Below are positions 49,379-58,878 of a stretch of 64,000 nt of DNA, piece after piece. The stretch covers positions 266-64,265 of the forward strand of contig MEWP01000160.1 of the NCBI GenBank assembly GCA_001775395.1. The letters are read 5' to 3'. Position numbers and translations under genes: made by a program. The notes beneath the pieces were generated by a model, which saw only the letters and a program-made list of their open reading frames with translations, did not search any database and was not told the DNA's origin. Each line of letters opens with the position of its first letter. Position 1 is the stretch's first letter. Origin of the DNA: a candidate division Zixibacteria bacterium RBG_16_53_22. Lineage in GTDB: Bacteria; Zixibacteria; MSB-5A5; UBA10806.

Positions 49379-50134
49379 TTGGCTGATAAATCGCATTCAA
49401 AAACCTCTGGTTCAGCAGCGAACAACGTTAGATATCGTCGGGTGCTGCTAAAGCTATCCGGCGAGATCCTGATGGGTGACAAATCGCTCGGGGCCTTGGA
49501 TGGCACCGTGCTGTCCAATATCGCCGAGCAGGTCGCGGGCATAGCCGGCCTGGGGGTCGAGGTCGGTATAGTGCTTGGCGGCGGCAATATATTTCGCGGG
49601 TTGCAGGCCGCGGCTGGAGGTATGGATCGTGTCAGCGCCGACTTCATGGGCATGCTGGCGACCGTCATCAATTCCCTGGCTTTGCAGGAATATCTCGAGA
49701 AGAGGGGTCGATACACCCGCGTCATGTCATCGATTTCCATGGAGCAGGTGGCCGAACCTTTCATTCGGCGGCGGGCCATAAGGCATCTGGAAAAGGGACG
49801 CATAGTGATTTTCGCGGGGGGGACCGGTAATCCGTATTTTTCGACCGATACGGCGGCAGCCCTCCGCGCCACCGAGATCGACGCCGAGGTTGTTCTGAAG
49901 GGGACGAAGGTTGATGGTGTCTACAATAGCGATCCCGTCAAGAACAGTGATGCCAAAAAATATGATCAAATCTCCTACCTGGATGTCATCAATCTGGGAT
50001 TGAAAGTCATGGATTCGACTGCCATTTCCATGTGCATGGACAATAAGATTCCCATCGTGGTCTTCAATTTATATGAAAAAGATAACCTGCGGCGTTTAAT
50101 CCTGGGTGAGAAAATCGGAACTCTTGTTTCATGA
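49379..50134 (+). CDS. pyrH: UMP kinase
   Basis: [13 protein letters not shown]...[10 protein letters not shown]...[21 protein letters not shown]. Confidence 0.9.
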   Translation: MADKSHSKTSGSAANNVRYRRVLLKLSGEILMGDKSLGALDGTVLSNIAEQVAGIAGLGVEVGIVLGGGNIFRGLQAAAGGMDRVSADFMGMLATVINSLALQEYLEKRGRYTRVMSSISMEQVAEPFIRRRAIRHLEKGRIVIFAGGTGNPYFSTDTAAALRATEIDAEVVLKGTKVDGVYNSDPVKNSDAKKYDQISYLDVINLGLKVMDSTAISMCMDNKIPIVVFNLYEKDNLRRLILGEKIGTLVS

Positions 50135-50143
50135 GAGGACTAT

Positions 50144-50701
50144 ATGCTCAAAGAGATCTATCGCGATTCGGATAACAGGATGAACAAAACCCTCGAGACT
50201 TTGGCCCGGGAGTTGGCCGGCATCAGAACTGGCAAGGCCACGACCAACATTCTCGACGGTATCAAAGTAGAATACTATGGGACTCCGACTCCGTTGAAGC
50301 AAGTGGCATCCGTGACCGCTCCCGACCCCAAGATGCTGGTCGTCCAGCCCTGGGAGAAAAATCTGATTCCTGAGATCGTGAAGGCGATCCAGAAAGCCGA
50401 CCTGGGCCTAAACCCGATTTCCGAGGCCGGCGTTATCAGGCTTCCGATTCCGCCGCTGACCGAGGAGAGGCGCAAGGAGATGGTCAAGCTGGTCAAGAAA
50501 TTCGGCGAGGACGCCAAGGTAGCGGTGAGGAATGTCAGACGTGATTCAATCGAGGCTCTCAAAAAGGCCGAGAAAGAAGGCAAGATCACCGAAGATGAGC
50601 TTCACCAGGGCCAAAAGCATCTTCAGGATGCTACCGATAGCCATATTAACAAGATTGACAGGATGATCGATGCTAAGGACGCCGAGGTGATGGAGGTTTG
50701 A
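50144..50701 (+). CDS. frr: Ribosome recycling factor
   Basis: 185 aa; LAGIRTGKATTNILDGIKVEYYGTPTPLKQVASV. Confidence 0.95.
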   Translation: MLKEIYRDSDNRMNKTLETLARELAGIRTGKATTNILDGIKVEYYGTPTPLKQVASVTAPDPKMLVVQPWEKNLIPEIVKAIQKADLGLNPISEAGVIRLPIPPLTEERRKEMVKLVKKFGEDAKVAVRNVRRDSIEALKKAEKEGKITEDELHQGQKHLQDATDSHINKIDRMIDAKDAEVMEV

Positions 50702-51462
50702 AGAAAAAACCCTCCGCGCTAATAGAGGACCTGAAAAAGCAGGTCCTGGCCAGGGGAAAACTCCCGGTGCATGTCGCCATCATAATGGATGGCAACGGGC
50801 GCTGGGCGCAGAAAAGGGGACTGCCTCGTACCGCGGGTCATAGAGAGGGCGTCAAAGCCGTCAAGCGTATCGTGCGCGTGGCCGGCGATATAGGGCTTAA
50901 GTACTTGACCCTGTTCACATTTTCTACGGAAAATTGGAAACGTCCCAAGAGCGAGGTCAGCGCCCTCATGAAGCTTTTAGGGGAAACCACCAAGCGCGAA
51001 CTCTCGGAGCTTTTGCAGAATAATGTCAGGCTCATCGCAACCGGCAACATAGAAGGGCTTCCCGACCTCAGGCGGGAGATATTAAAGGATGCCATCAAGA
51101 CAACCACTAACAACACCGGTTTGGTGTTGAATCTCGCCCTGAACTATTCCGGCCGCAACGAGATAATCCTGGCCGTAAGACAGATCGGGCGCGAAATAGC
51201 CGAGGGTAAGATAGACCCGGCCGGCATCGATGATAGTCTATTCGCCTCGTATCTGCAGACAAATGGTCTCCCCGAACCGGACCTGCTGATAAGGACATCG
51301 GGCGAAATGCGAATTTCAAACTTCCTGCTCTGGCAGACCGCCTATACCGAGCTTTACGTAACCAACATTCTCTGGCCAGATTTTTCGGAGGACGATTTTC
51401 TACATGCCATCCTCGATTTCCAAAGCCGAGAGCGACGTTTCGGGACCATCTCCCCGTCCTGA
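50698..51462 (+). CDS. uppS: Isoprenyl transferase (undecaprenyl-diphosphate synthase)
   Basis: PVHVAIIMDGNGRWAQKRGLPRTAGHREG...FSTENWKRP; TTG start overlaps frr stop. Confidence 0.9.
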   Translation: MKKKPSALIEDLKKQVLARGKLPVHVAIIMDGNGRWAQKRGLPRTAGHREGVKAVKRIVRVAGDIGLKYLTLFTFSTENWKRPKSEVSALMKLLGETTKRELSELLQNNVRLIATGNIEGLPDLRREILKDAIKTTTNNTGLVLNLALNYSGRNEIILAVRQIGREIAEGKIDPAGIDDSLFASYLQTNGLPEPDLLIRTSGEMRISNFLLWQTAYTELYVTNILWPDFSEDDFLHAILDFQSRERRFGTISPS

Positions 51463-52285
51463 GGTCGCATTGCCCTTTTTTTCGGCTAATCTTTCCAGAA
51501 GACTATTAGTAGCGTTAATTGGTATTCCGGCGCTTGTCTTTATCTCTTACAAGGGCGGATACTGGCTTTATGCTTTCTGTATCCTTGTGGCAGTGCTGGG
51601 CAGTTGGGAATTGGCGGCGATGCTTTTGGCCAAGAATGTCAGGGTCGGGAAGCGCCTGGCCACGCTATTGGCGATTGTGCTGGTATCGATGTTTCAATTC
51701 AGCAAATTCGGCCAGCTTGGGCTGTTTGTCATCTTCATCTTATTTATGCTGGCGGCTGTCCTGAAACTTATCGAAACCGGGGTAGTGAATTATACATCGC
51801 GGCTGGCCATGGCGATCCTAACTGCCATCTACCCGGGATTCTTCGTCTCGTTTTCAATTTTAATTCATCGTGAATTTGCCCCGACAGGCTGGGTTTTCCT
51901 GTTGTTCATTTTCGCCAACACCTGGCTGGCTGACACATTCGCTTACGCTTTTGGGCGATGGCTGGGGAAAAGAAAACTTGCCCCGACCATATCGCCCGCC
52001 AAGACCCGGGTCGGCCTAATAGCCTCATTTCCCGGAGGATTGATAGCGGCATACATGGCAAAACCATTCCTGCCGAATTGGTCGATCGGCAGCCTGATAG
52101 CGCTTTCGATAATCGCGACCGCCTTCGGTCAAATCGGTGACCTGGTGGAATCGGCAATTAAACGCGATTGCGGTGTTAAGGACTCATCGAGCCTGATACC
52201 CGGACATGGCGGCGTACTGGACCGCTTCGACTCCTTTGTAATCGCATTGCCTGCAATTTACTTTGCGGTGCGCCTGTTTAGCTGA
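51404..52285 (+). CDS. cdsA: Phosphatidate cytidylyltransferase (CDP-diglyceride synthase); start uncertain (ATG 51404 overlaps uppS by 59 nt; TTG 51470 alternative)
   Basis: Multi-TM protein with C-terminal CTP_transf_1 signature (SAIKRDCGVKDSSSLIPGHGGVLDRFDS). Confidence 0.8.
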   Translation: MPSSISKAESDVSGPSPRPEVALPFFSANLSRRLLVALIGIPALVFISYKGGYWLYAFCILVAVLGSWELAAMLLAKNVRVGKRLATLLAIVLVSMFQFSKFGQLGLFVIFILFMLAAVLKLIETGVVNYTSRLAMAILTAIYPGFFVSFSILIHREFAPTGWVFLLFIFANTWLADTFAYAFGRWLGKRKLAPTISPAKTRVGLIASFPGGLIAAYMAKPFLPNWSIGSLIALSIIATAFGQIGDLVESAIKRDCGVKDSSSLIPGHGGVLDRFDSFVIALPAIYFAVRLFS

Positions 52286-53214
52286 TGTCAGCCGCGACAT
52301 CTGATAATATCAAGCCAAGAGCCAACATAGCCGATTACTTTTTCTTTTTGAGGCCCATGCTGCATCCTCCGGTATGGACAATTGTCATTTTGGGGTTTTT
52401 TCGAATATCGGATAACTACTCTTTCAAATTAGGGCTGCTTATGCTGACGTCGTCAGCGGCCGCCTCCTGGGCATTTATCTTAAACCAACTTAGCGACATT
52501 GAATCGGATCGACTCAACCGCAAGTTGTTTTTTCTACCGCAAAATATTATTACCCCTGCGGCGGCCAAAATATTGGCGGCAGGCATGTTAATTTCAACTA
52601 TATCTGGTGGTTTCGCCCTCGGCCCGGAAATAGGGCTGCTTTTTGTGTTTGGCCTTCTTCTTGGCTTTGCTTATTCCGTTAAGCCCTTTGACTGGCGGGC
52701 TCGCCCGCTAGCCGGTTTTCTGAGCAACGCTGTCGCTCACGGTACGCTTCCATTTGCCGCGGGATATATTGTGGCCGGGGGAGAACCCCTGGCCGGTTTA
52801 ATGAGATCCATTCCTTATTTCCTCGCAGTCGGTGGGGTATTTATCGCCACGACCATACCCGATTATGAAGGAGACAGAAAATCCGGCAAAGTGACCCCGG
52901 CAGTCAGGCTGGGGATGAATATGGCCTCGGCCTTAATGACGCTCTGCACGATCTTGGCGATAATCTCCGCCTGGCTTTTTCATGACACGGCATTGGCGAT
53001 TTCGGGCCTGACTTCGTTGCCTTTTTACTTTCTCAATTGGGTGAAAACATCGGCTCGAAATTCCGCCCTTGCCGCCAAGATATCGATCTTATTCCTGTCC
53101 CTGGCGGCCGGGTGGTATTTTCGCCCATACCTCCTGATTATGCTGATTCTCATTCTGCTGACGCGCATTTATTATAAATGGCGTTTCAAAATGACATATC
53201 CCACGCTTGCCTAA
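52285..53214 (+). CDS. UbiA-family aromatic/isoprenoid prenyltransferase (unassigned subfamily)
   Basis: 309 aa, about 8 TM; first motif NQLSDIESD (NxxxDxxxD), second motif DYEGD; start ATG overlaps cdsA stop (cTGATG). Confidence 0.75.
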   Translation: MSAATSDNIKPRANIADYFFFLRPMLHPPVWTIVILGFFRISDNYSFKLGLLMLTSSAAASWAFILNQLSDIESDRLNRKLFFLPQNIITPAAAKILAAGMLISTISGGFALGPEIGLLFVFGLLLGFAYSVKPFDWRARPLAGFLSNAVAHGTLPFAAGYIVAGGEPLAGLMRSIPYFLAVGGVFIATTIPDYEGDRKSGKVTPAVRLGMNMASALMTLCTILAIISAWLFHDTALAISGLTSLPFYFLNWVKTSARNSALAAKISILFLSLAAGWYFRPYLLIMLILILLTRIYYKWRFKMTYPTLA

Positions 53215-53248
53215 TTTCGGCATTTATAAAGTCGATAAGGTAAGTGAT

Positions 53249-53743
53249 ATGGGACGTGCACCATGTTTAGCCATTGGAGCTTTGATTTTTCTTTCGGCTT
53301 GCGGGGGCCCGGTCAGGCAGGATGCGCCAATTCCCGAACCCCTGCCGAAAGAGATCGTAAAGAAGCTTGTCACCGAGGCCAAGAGCCATATCGGCGAGCC
53401 TTATAGGTTTGGGGGCACCACCGGCCGGGGCTGGGACTGCTCCGGCTTTGTCCGCACCATGTATTTGCGGGCCATGGGGGCCAGGCTTCCCAGGTCGGCC
53501 AGGGAGATGTACGAGAGATGTCGGCCGATCCCGTATTTCAAGAAGAGAGAGGGCGACCTGGTATTTTTCCAGATAAGATCCCAGAAGCCTTCGCATGTTG
53601 GAATTCTCATCAAAAATAATAAATTCATACACGTATCGATTTCGGAGGGCGTGATAGTCTCTTCGCTCGAAGATGAATATTACAGGAAATATATCCTCGG
53701 TATCAGGCGCCTGACTCCGGATCTGGTCGCCATCTCTCGCTGA
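53249..53743 (+). CDS. NlpC/P60 (C40) peptidase lipoprotein
   Basis: Signal plus lipobox LSAC; catalytic Cys GWDCSGFV and His HVGIL. Confidence 0.8.
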   Translation: MGRAPCLAIGALIFLSACGGPVRQDAPIPEPLPKEIVKKLVTEAKSHIGEPYRFGGTTGRGWDCSGFVRTMYLRAMGARLPRSAREMYERCRPIPYFKKREGDLVFFQIRSQKPSHVGILIKNNKFIHVSISEGVIVSSLEDEYYRKYILGIRRLTPDLVAISR

Positions 53744-53858
53744 ATCCCCGTTTTCCCGAATTCACTTGAAATTATAGCCGTTATCTCATAAATATTCTCG
53801 GCATTGCCGGGTATATTCATCGTATTCATATATTGTGAATGAAACCACGGAGGAAACC

Positions 53859-54173
53859 ATGATCGTAACCACAACTCCCAATGTCGAAAGCAGGAACATC
53901 CGGGAATATAAGGGAATCGTGACCGGCGAGGCCATCATGGGCGCCAACATATTTCGCGATTTCTTCGCCTCCATCACCGATATAGTCGGCGGCCGCTCGG
54001 CAGCCTATGAAAAGGAGCTGTCCAAGGCCCGGACTGTCGCGTTCGACGAAATGACGCAGAAGGCGCGCGAGCTCGGCTGCGACGCGATAGTCGGGGTTGA
54101 CCTTGACTACGAGGTTATTCGAGATGGAATGCTGATGGTCACCGTCTCGGGCACGGCGGTCAGCCTGGGCTGA
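53859..54173 (+). CDS. YbjQ/UPF0145-family protein
   Basis: ATG 53859 after GGAGGA RBS; [28 protein letters not shown]...[13 protein letters not shown]. Confidence 0.8.
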   Translation: MIVTTTPNVESRNIREYKGIVTGEAIMGANIFRDFFASITDIVGGRSAAYEKELSKARTVAFDEMTQKARELGCDAIVGVDLDYEVIRDGMLMVTVSGTAVSLG

Positions 54174-54270
54174 TTTTATTGCCTTGATAATATCGTAGCT
54201 GCGTGATACAATCGTGGATGGAACAGTCATTCTGGAAACTATCATCGAAAAATATTAAAGGAGAACTGAC

Positions 54271-55122
54271 GTGGCCGAATATCATAATTGCCCAAATTGC
54301 GGCCAGCCCATCGGCGCCGACGACAGGTTTTGCAGCAATTGCGGCCAGCCTTTGGAGCGCAGGCCCTTGGAAGAACCCATACCCTCGTCGCCGCCGACCC
54401 CTCCTCAGCCGCCACAACCTCCTCCGCCAGCCGCAGAAGTACTCAGGTATGTGCCCTGGGAGGATCGGCAGAAGGTGGGCTTTTTCAAGGCCCTCTGGGA
54501 AACCTGGAAAGAATCGGTATTCTACCCCAACCGGTTCTTTTCTCGCGCGCCTTATAGCGGCGGCCTGGCAAGCCCCATGCTATACGCCGTAATCGTGGTC
54601 TGGGTCAGCTATGCCATCAACCAGTTGACCGGATTGCTTTTGTCAAGTTTCACGATCGGCTTTATAGCCAATATGATACATGACGAACAACTCCTTGAAA
54701 GCCTCGGGCTGCTCGGCGGGCTTGGTTTCCTGCAGGTCCTTGGAATCCTGGTGTTGCTGCCATTCATGATTATTGCGGCATTATTCATCGGAAGCGGCAT
54801 CTATCACCTGATCTTGATGATTTTCGGATGGAATAAACGCAATTTCGAGGCCACATTCCGGGCGATTTCCTACGGTGTTGGGCCTCTTATATTCATGATC
54901 GTGCCGGCATGCGGCTCATTGATCGGTTATGTCTGGGTTCTGGTCTTAACAATACTCGGCATAAAGCATCTGCAGAAGACAACCGGGGGCCAGGCCTCCT
55001 TTGTGGTATTGCTGCCACTGATTTTATGCTGTTGTCTGATAGCTCTGCTGGCGGCCTTTTTCGGCGCCGCTATTATGGCGCTCATCCAAGGCGCGATGAG
55101 CGGAGGATATTATTACGATTAG
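54271..55122 (+). CDS. Double zinc-ribbon, proline-rich linker, Yip1-like multi-TM domain protein (GTG start)
   Basis: CPNCGQP...CSNCGQP zinc ribbons; PPTPPQPPQPPPP linker; five C-terminal hydrophobic helices. Confidence 0.6.
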   Translation: MAEYHNCPNCGQPIGADDRFCSNCGQPLERRPLEEPIPSSPPTPPQPPQPPPPAAEVLRYVPWEDRQKVGFFKALWETWKESVFYPNRFFSRAPYSGGLASPMLYAVIVVWVSYAINQLTGLLLSSFTIGFIANMIHDEQLLESLGLLGGLGFLQVLGILVLLPFMIIAALFIGSGIYHLILMIFGWNKRNFEATFRAISYGVGPLIFMIVPACGSLIGYVWVLVLTILGIKHLQKTTGGQASFVVLLPLILCCCLIALLAAFFGAAIMALIQGAMSGGYYYD

Positions 55123-55185
55123 GTTTCCAGATACCTAATTGTAAGATGGTCTAAGCAACGGCAGAATTGGATTTCGGATTTCAGC

Positions 55186-55213
55186 GCAGGGGCGTGTTTT
55201 AATGCGCCCCTGC
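55186..55213 (+). terminator. Possible terminator hairpin (weak U-tract)
   Basis: GCAGGGGCG-tgttttaat-GCGCCCCTGC, 9-bp stem, followed by ATCGTTTG. Confidence 0.35.
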
Positions 55214-55232
55214 ATCGTTTGAAATTGAAAAT

Positions 55233-55640
55233 ATGCTTATTCGAACTGAACAGGGCCGGCCCAAATCGCCTATACATCTGATCTGGGGCGGCATCGCCAT
55301 CGCCGGAATCGCTTTAGTCGGCCTTCTGAAAAATCACCTGGAGCTGCTTCCGGCCTGCGTCTTCAAAAAGGCAACCGGCATTGCCTGCCTGACATGCGGC
55401 GCAACCAGGTCGGTGACAGCACTTTCGGATTTTCGATTAGCCGATTCGTTCCTGTTTAACCCCTTGGCGATGTTGTTTCTGGTCGGCCTCATCGCATTCT
55501 CGTTCCTGGTCGGATTCGGCCTCATCTTTGGAAGAAGGCTCGAAATCAGGATGACAGCGAGGGAATCATGGATTATCCGCAGTACGGTCATCGGCGCCGT
55601 AGTTGCCAACTGGATTTACCTGATAAGTCATTTGGCATAA
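55233..55640 (+). CDS. DUF2752-domain membrane protein
   Basis: 135 aa; CVFKKATGIACLTCGATRS motif typical of DUF2752. Confidence 0.7.
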   Translation: MLIRTEQGRPKSPIHLIWGGIAIAGIALVGLLKNHLELLPACVFKKATGIACLTCGATRSVTALSDFRLADSFLFNPLAMLFLVGLIAFSFLVGFGLIFGRRLEIRMTARESWIIRSTVIGAVVANWIYLISHLA

Positions 55641-55731
55641 GCGGCCGGATTCTCGGGGGTTGATATTTGAGCGCCCATTTATTATCATAATCGATAATTC
55701 TAATTTTCTACGACTTGAGGAACAGCAGCTA

Positions 55732-56160
55732 ATGTCTTTCAGAAAAATCTTTATCTCCGGAGTAATACAGGGATCCTCGAGGGATAAAGGGATTCACTCC
55801 CAGGAATATCGGGTACAATTGAGGGAGATACTCAAGAGAGCCTACCCCCAGGCGGAAATATGCGATCCGTTCGACGGCCACGAGAACTCGGTCGATTACG
55901 ACGACGAGACCGGCAGAAGGACTTTCTACGGCCATCTCGAGCATGTCAGAAGCTCCGATCTGTTAATAGCCTATCTTCCGCATGCCTCACTGGGAACCGC
56001 CATCGAGATTTGGGAGTCTCATAAGAATAAGATTCCGGTCTGGACGATTTCACCCATGAAGACGAACTGGGTGATCAGGTTTTGTTCGGACAGGGTTTTC
56101 GAGGATATCGAAGCTTTTTCAGAGTATCTGAAAAATGAATCCATCGAGGAAATTCAATAA
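55732..56160 (+). CDS. Nucleoside 2-deoxyribosyltransferase-like (Rossmann) protein, hypothetical
   Basis: ATG 55732 after GAGGAA; N-terminal KIFISGVIQGS and catalytic-Glu-like block LGTAIEIWESHKNKIPVW. Confidence 0.5.
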   Translation: MSFRKIFISGVIQGSSRDKGIHSQEYRVQLREILKRAYPQAEICDPFDGHENSVDYDDETGRRTFYGHLEHVRSSDLLIAYLPHASLGTAIEIWESHKNKIPVWTISPMKTNWVIRFCSDRVFEDIEAFSEYLKNESIEEIQ

Positions 56161-56474
56161 TGCCAACATACGAATACAGATGCCGCGATTGCGGAGAGAA
56201 ATTCGACGAGTTTCAGAAGATATCCGATCCGCCATTGGCCAAATGTCCGTTCTGCGGCGGGGATGTCGACAGGCTTATATCGGGCGGGTTAGGAGTGCTT
56301 TTCAAGGGCTCCGGATTCTACCTTACCGATTACAGATCCGAAAGCTATAAGAGGGCCGCCGAAAAGGACAAATCCGGCGAATTTTCATCGAAAGTGTCGC
56401 CCTCTGCCGAAAAATCGGCTGAGTCGGAAAAGGCCTCAGCCAAAGATAATAAGAGTATCCACAAGAAAGATTAA
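56160..56474 (+). CDS. FmdB-family zinc-ribbon protein with acidic/lysine-rich tail
   Basis: MPTYEYRCRDCGEKF...KCPFCGG; ATG overlaps upstream stop (TAATG). Confidence 0.7.
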   Translation: MPTYEYRCRDCGEKFDEFQKISDPPLAKCPFCGGDVDRLISGGLGVLFKGSGFYLTDYRSESYKRAAEKDKSGEFSSKVSPSAEKSAESEKASAKDNKSIHKKD

Positions 56475-57523
56475 GTTTTTATAGTGTGATTCTGTTGGTC
56501 TATCATCTGCCCGGCCAACTGCCCGCATGCGCCCTTTATATCGACCCCGCGGCTTTCTCTTACGGTTACGGCGTATACCCGCGGATTGAGATATCCCTGG
56601 AATCGTAATACATCCTTTTCGCGCGGACGTTCGAAGGGGAGACCATCGACAGGATTATACCTCATCAGATTGATCTTGCAGGGGATCCCGTGAATGATCT
56701 TCACCAGCTTTTTGGCATCGGTGATAGAATCGTTGATTCCCCCCAACAGAAGATACTCGAACGAGATTCGCCTTCTGGTAAGCTCTGTATACCGCTTGGC
56801 CTGGGCCATGATTTCCGACAGCGGATTTTTCTTGGCCACCGGCATTATTCCTTGACGGGTACTCTCATCGGCCGAATGAAGAGACAGCGCCAGGCCGAGC
56901 TTGTTGGCGGCGACCACGAATTTTTTCATCCCCCTGACAATGCCGACGGTCGAAATGGTGATCTTCTTTTGCGACAGCGCCGGGCCATAATCATCATTGA
57001 GTATGCGGCAGGCTTTGAGGACATTATCGAGGTTAAGCATCGGTTCTCCCATGCCCATGAAAACGACATTGGATATCCGCCGCCTGGAAACTCTCTGGGC
57101 ATGAATGAACTGATCGACTATTTCGCCGGCCTTCAGATTCCGCTTGTAACCCAGATTCCCGGTGGCGCAAAAAGCGCATTTGGCCGGACACCCTGCCTGG
57201 CTCGAGACACACAATGTTACCCTGTCGGCTTCCGGGATAAGAACAGATTCGATGTGGGGGCCGTCCGCGAGCCTGAATAGGAACTTCGTCGAACCATCGA
57301 CAGACTCAAGCATTTGGACCCGCTCCAATTCGGAGATCATGGCCGCCTCGGAAAGCTTCTGGCGGAGACCCTTTGAAATATCGCTCATCGGGCTAAAATC
57401 CCGAGCCCACTCCTGATATATCCAGCGGAATATCTGTTTACCGCGGAATCGGTCCAGCCCGAGGCTTTGGACGAACGCCTCGACCTCGGTTCTGCCCATC
57501 CCCTTTAAATCGACCCTTTCCAT
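56471..57523 (-). CDS. rlmN: 23S rRNA (adenine2503-C2)-methyltransferase RlmN (radical SAM)
   Basis: GKQIFRWIY N-terminus, CxxxCxxC (CPAKCAFCATG); start set at internal Met (ORF to 57559). Confidence 0.9.
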   Translation of the reverse strand: MERVDLKGMGRTEVEAFVQSLGLDRFRGKQIFRWIYQEWARDFSPMSDISKGLRQKLSEAAMISELERVQMLESVDGSTKFLFRLADGPHIESVLIPEADRVTLCVSSQAGCPAKCAFCATGNLGYKRNLKAGEIVDQFIHAQRVSRRRISNVVFMGMGEPMLNLDNVLKACRILNDDYGPALSQKKITISTVGIVRGMKKFVVAANKLGLALSLHSADESTRQGIMPVAKKNPLSEIMAQAKRYTELTRRRISFEYLLLGGINDSITDAKKLVKIIHGIPCKINLMRYNPVDGLPFERPREKDVLRFQGYLNPRVYAVTVRESRGVDIKGACGQLAGQMIDQQNHTIKT

Positions 57524-57608
57524 GATCGCGAAATTTAACCGTCGCCGACACATTTTCAAAATGATTTGTCTTGACGTTAACTGTTGCTCTTCCTAAGCTT
57601 TAGTTGTT

Positions 57609-58421
57609 ATGAGAGTTGCATTTATTCAATTTAACCCGGAGTTCGGACAAGTTAAGCAAAACATCGCCAGGGCCAGGAGCTTGATCGCCAGGGAAAAGGC
57701 GGAGCTTTATGTATTGCCGGAGCTCTGTTTTTCAGGTTATACCTTCATTTCGAAAGAGGAGGCCTTCTCTTTATCTGAGCCGGCCGATGACGGGTTCGCA
57801 ATCAACGAAATGAAGAGTATATCTGCCGAACTCGAAGCCGCTATTGTGTTTGGTTTCCCGGAACGCTCGGGCGATGATCTGTTCAATTCTTGCGCATTAA
57901 TCAGGCCAGATGGCTCACTTCGGATCTACAGGAAAATTCACCTTTTTATGCACGAGAAGGAATGGTTTAAACCTGGAGATAAACCCTTTGAAATACATAA
58001 ACTTAATGGATGTCAAATTGGCATGATGATTTGTTTTGATTGGCGATTCCCGGAGGCCGCCAGAACGCTGGCTTTGGCTGGCGCCCATTTGCTGTGTCAT
58101 CCGGCCAATCTGGTGATGCCACATTGCCAAACGGCCATGATCACCAGGTCCCTTGAAAATGGGATTTTCTCTATCACGGCAAACAGATATGGACACGAGA
58201 AAAGGGGAGCATACGAAAACATCTTTACCGGCCGAAGCCAGATAGTGGGTCCACGAGGGGAAGTGCTGGTTTCTGCATCCAGCGGTAAAGATGAGATTGG
58301 TGTTGCCGATATTAATTATAGAGAAAGCGAGGATAAGGCGATTAGTCTTCAAAATAACCTCTGGGCTGACCGTCGGCCCGAATTCTATCATAGAGAAAAC
58401 TATGGCGAGAAAAGGTCATAA
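57609..58421 (+). CDS. Carbon-nitrogen hydrolase family protein (nitrilase superfamily)
   Basis: 270 aa; catalytic E (LPELCFSGY), K, C (MICFDWRFPE) arrangement. Confidence 0.8.
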   Translation: MRVAFIQFNPEFGQVKQNIARARSLIAREKAELYVLPELCFSGYTFISKEEAFSLSEPADDGFAINEMKSISAELEAAIVFGFPERSGDDLFNSCALIRPDGSLRIYRKIHLFMHEKEWFKPGDKPFEIHKLNGCQIGMMICFDWRFPEAARTLALAGAHLLCHPANLVMPHCQTAMITRSLENGIFSITANRYGHEKRGAYENIFTGRSQIVGPRGEVLVSASSGKDEIGVADINYRESEDKAISLQNNLWADRRPEFYHRENYGEKRS

Positions 58422-58788
58422 GATACTGGTAATCGATGATGATCCGGAAATAACCGACATCATCAAATCGTTTCTGACAAACGCGGGGTATGATGTTTTG
58501 GTCGAGAATTCGTCCGTGATCGGTATCGAAAAGGCCAAATCATTCAGGCCGGATCTGGTCCTGCTGGACATCATGATGCCTGTCATGGATGGCTACGAGG
58601 TCTGCAGCAGCATCAAGAAAGACATTTCGTTGTGCACCGTGCCGATTCTATTCTTGACCGGCAAAGAGGCGGGTGAGGATGCCGGTATGAGTTTCAAGGC
58701 GGGCGCCGATCTTTTTATCAAAAAGCCATTCTCGTGTGAACGGCTCCTGCAGATGGTGAAAATGGTGCTGATCTCGGTAGCCAAGTAA
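58402..58788 (+). CDS. Single-domain response-regulator receiver
   Basis: ATG 58402: MARKGHKILVIDDDPEI...LVLLDIMMPVMDG...KPF; overlaps hydrolase gene by 20 nt. Confidence 0.8.
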   Translation: MARKGHKILVIDDDPEITDIIKSFLTNAGYDVLVENSSVIGIEKAKSFRPDLVLLDIMMPVMDGYEVCSSIKKDISLCTVPILFLTGKEAGEDAGMSFKAGADLFIKKPFSCERLLQMVKMVLISVAK

Positions 58789-58808
58789 TGCCTTCTCCAT
58801 TCGTCTTG

Positions 58809-58840
58809 CCGCGGGTCCCGAAGGACTCGCGGTTTTTTAT
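58809..58840 (+). terminator. Rho-independent terminator
   Basis: CCGCGGGTCC-cgaa-GGACTCGCGG hairpin followed by TTTTTTATTT. Confidence 0.6.
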
Positions 58841-58878
58841 TTGACCCTTTGTGTCAATATTGCATATAATGCCGCATT

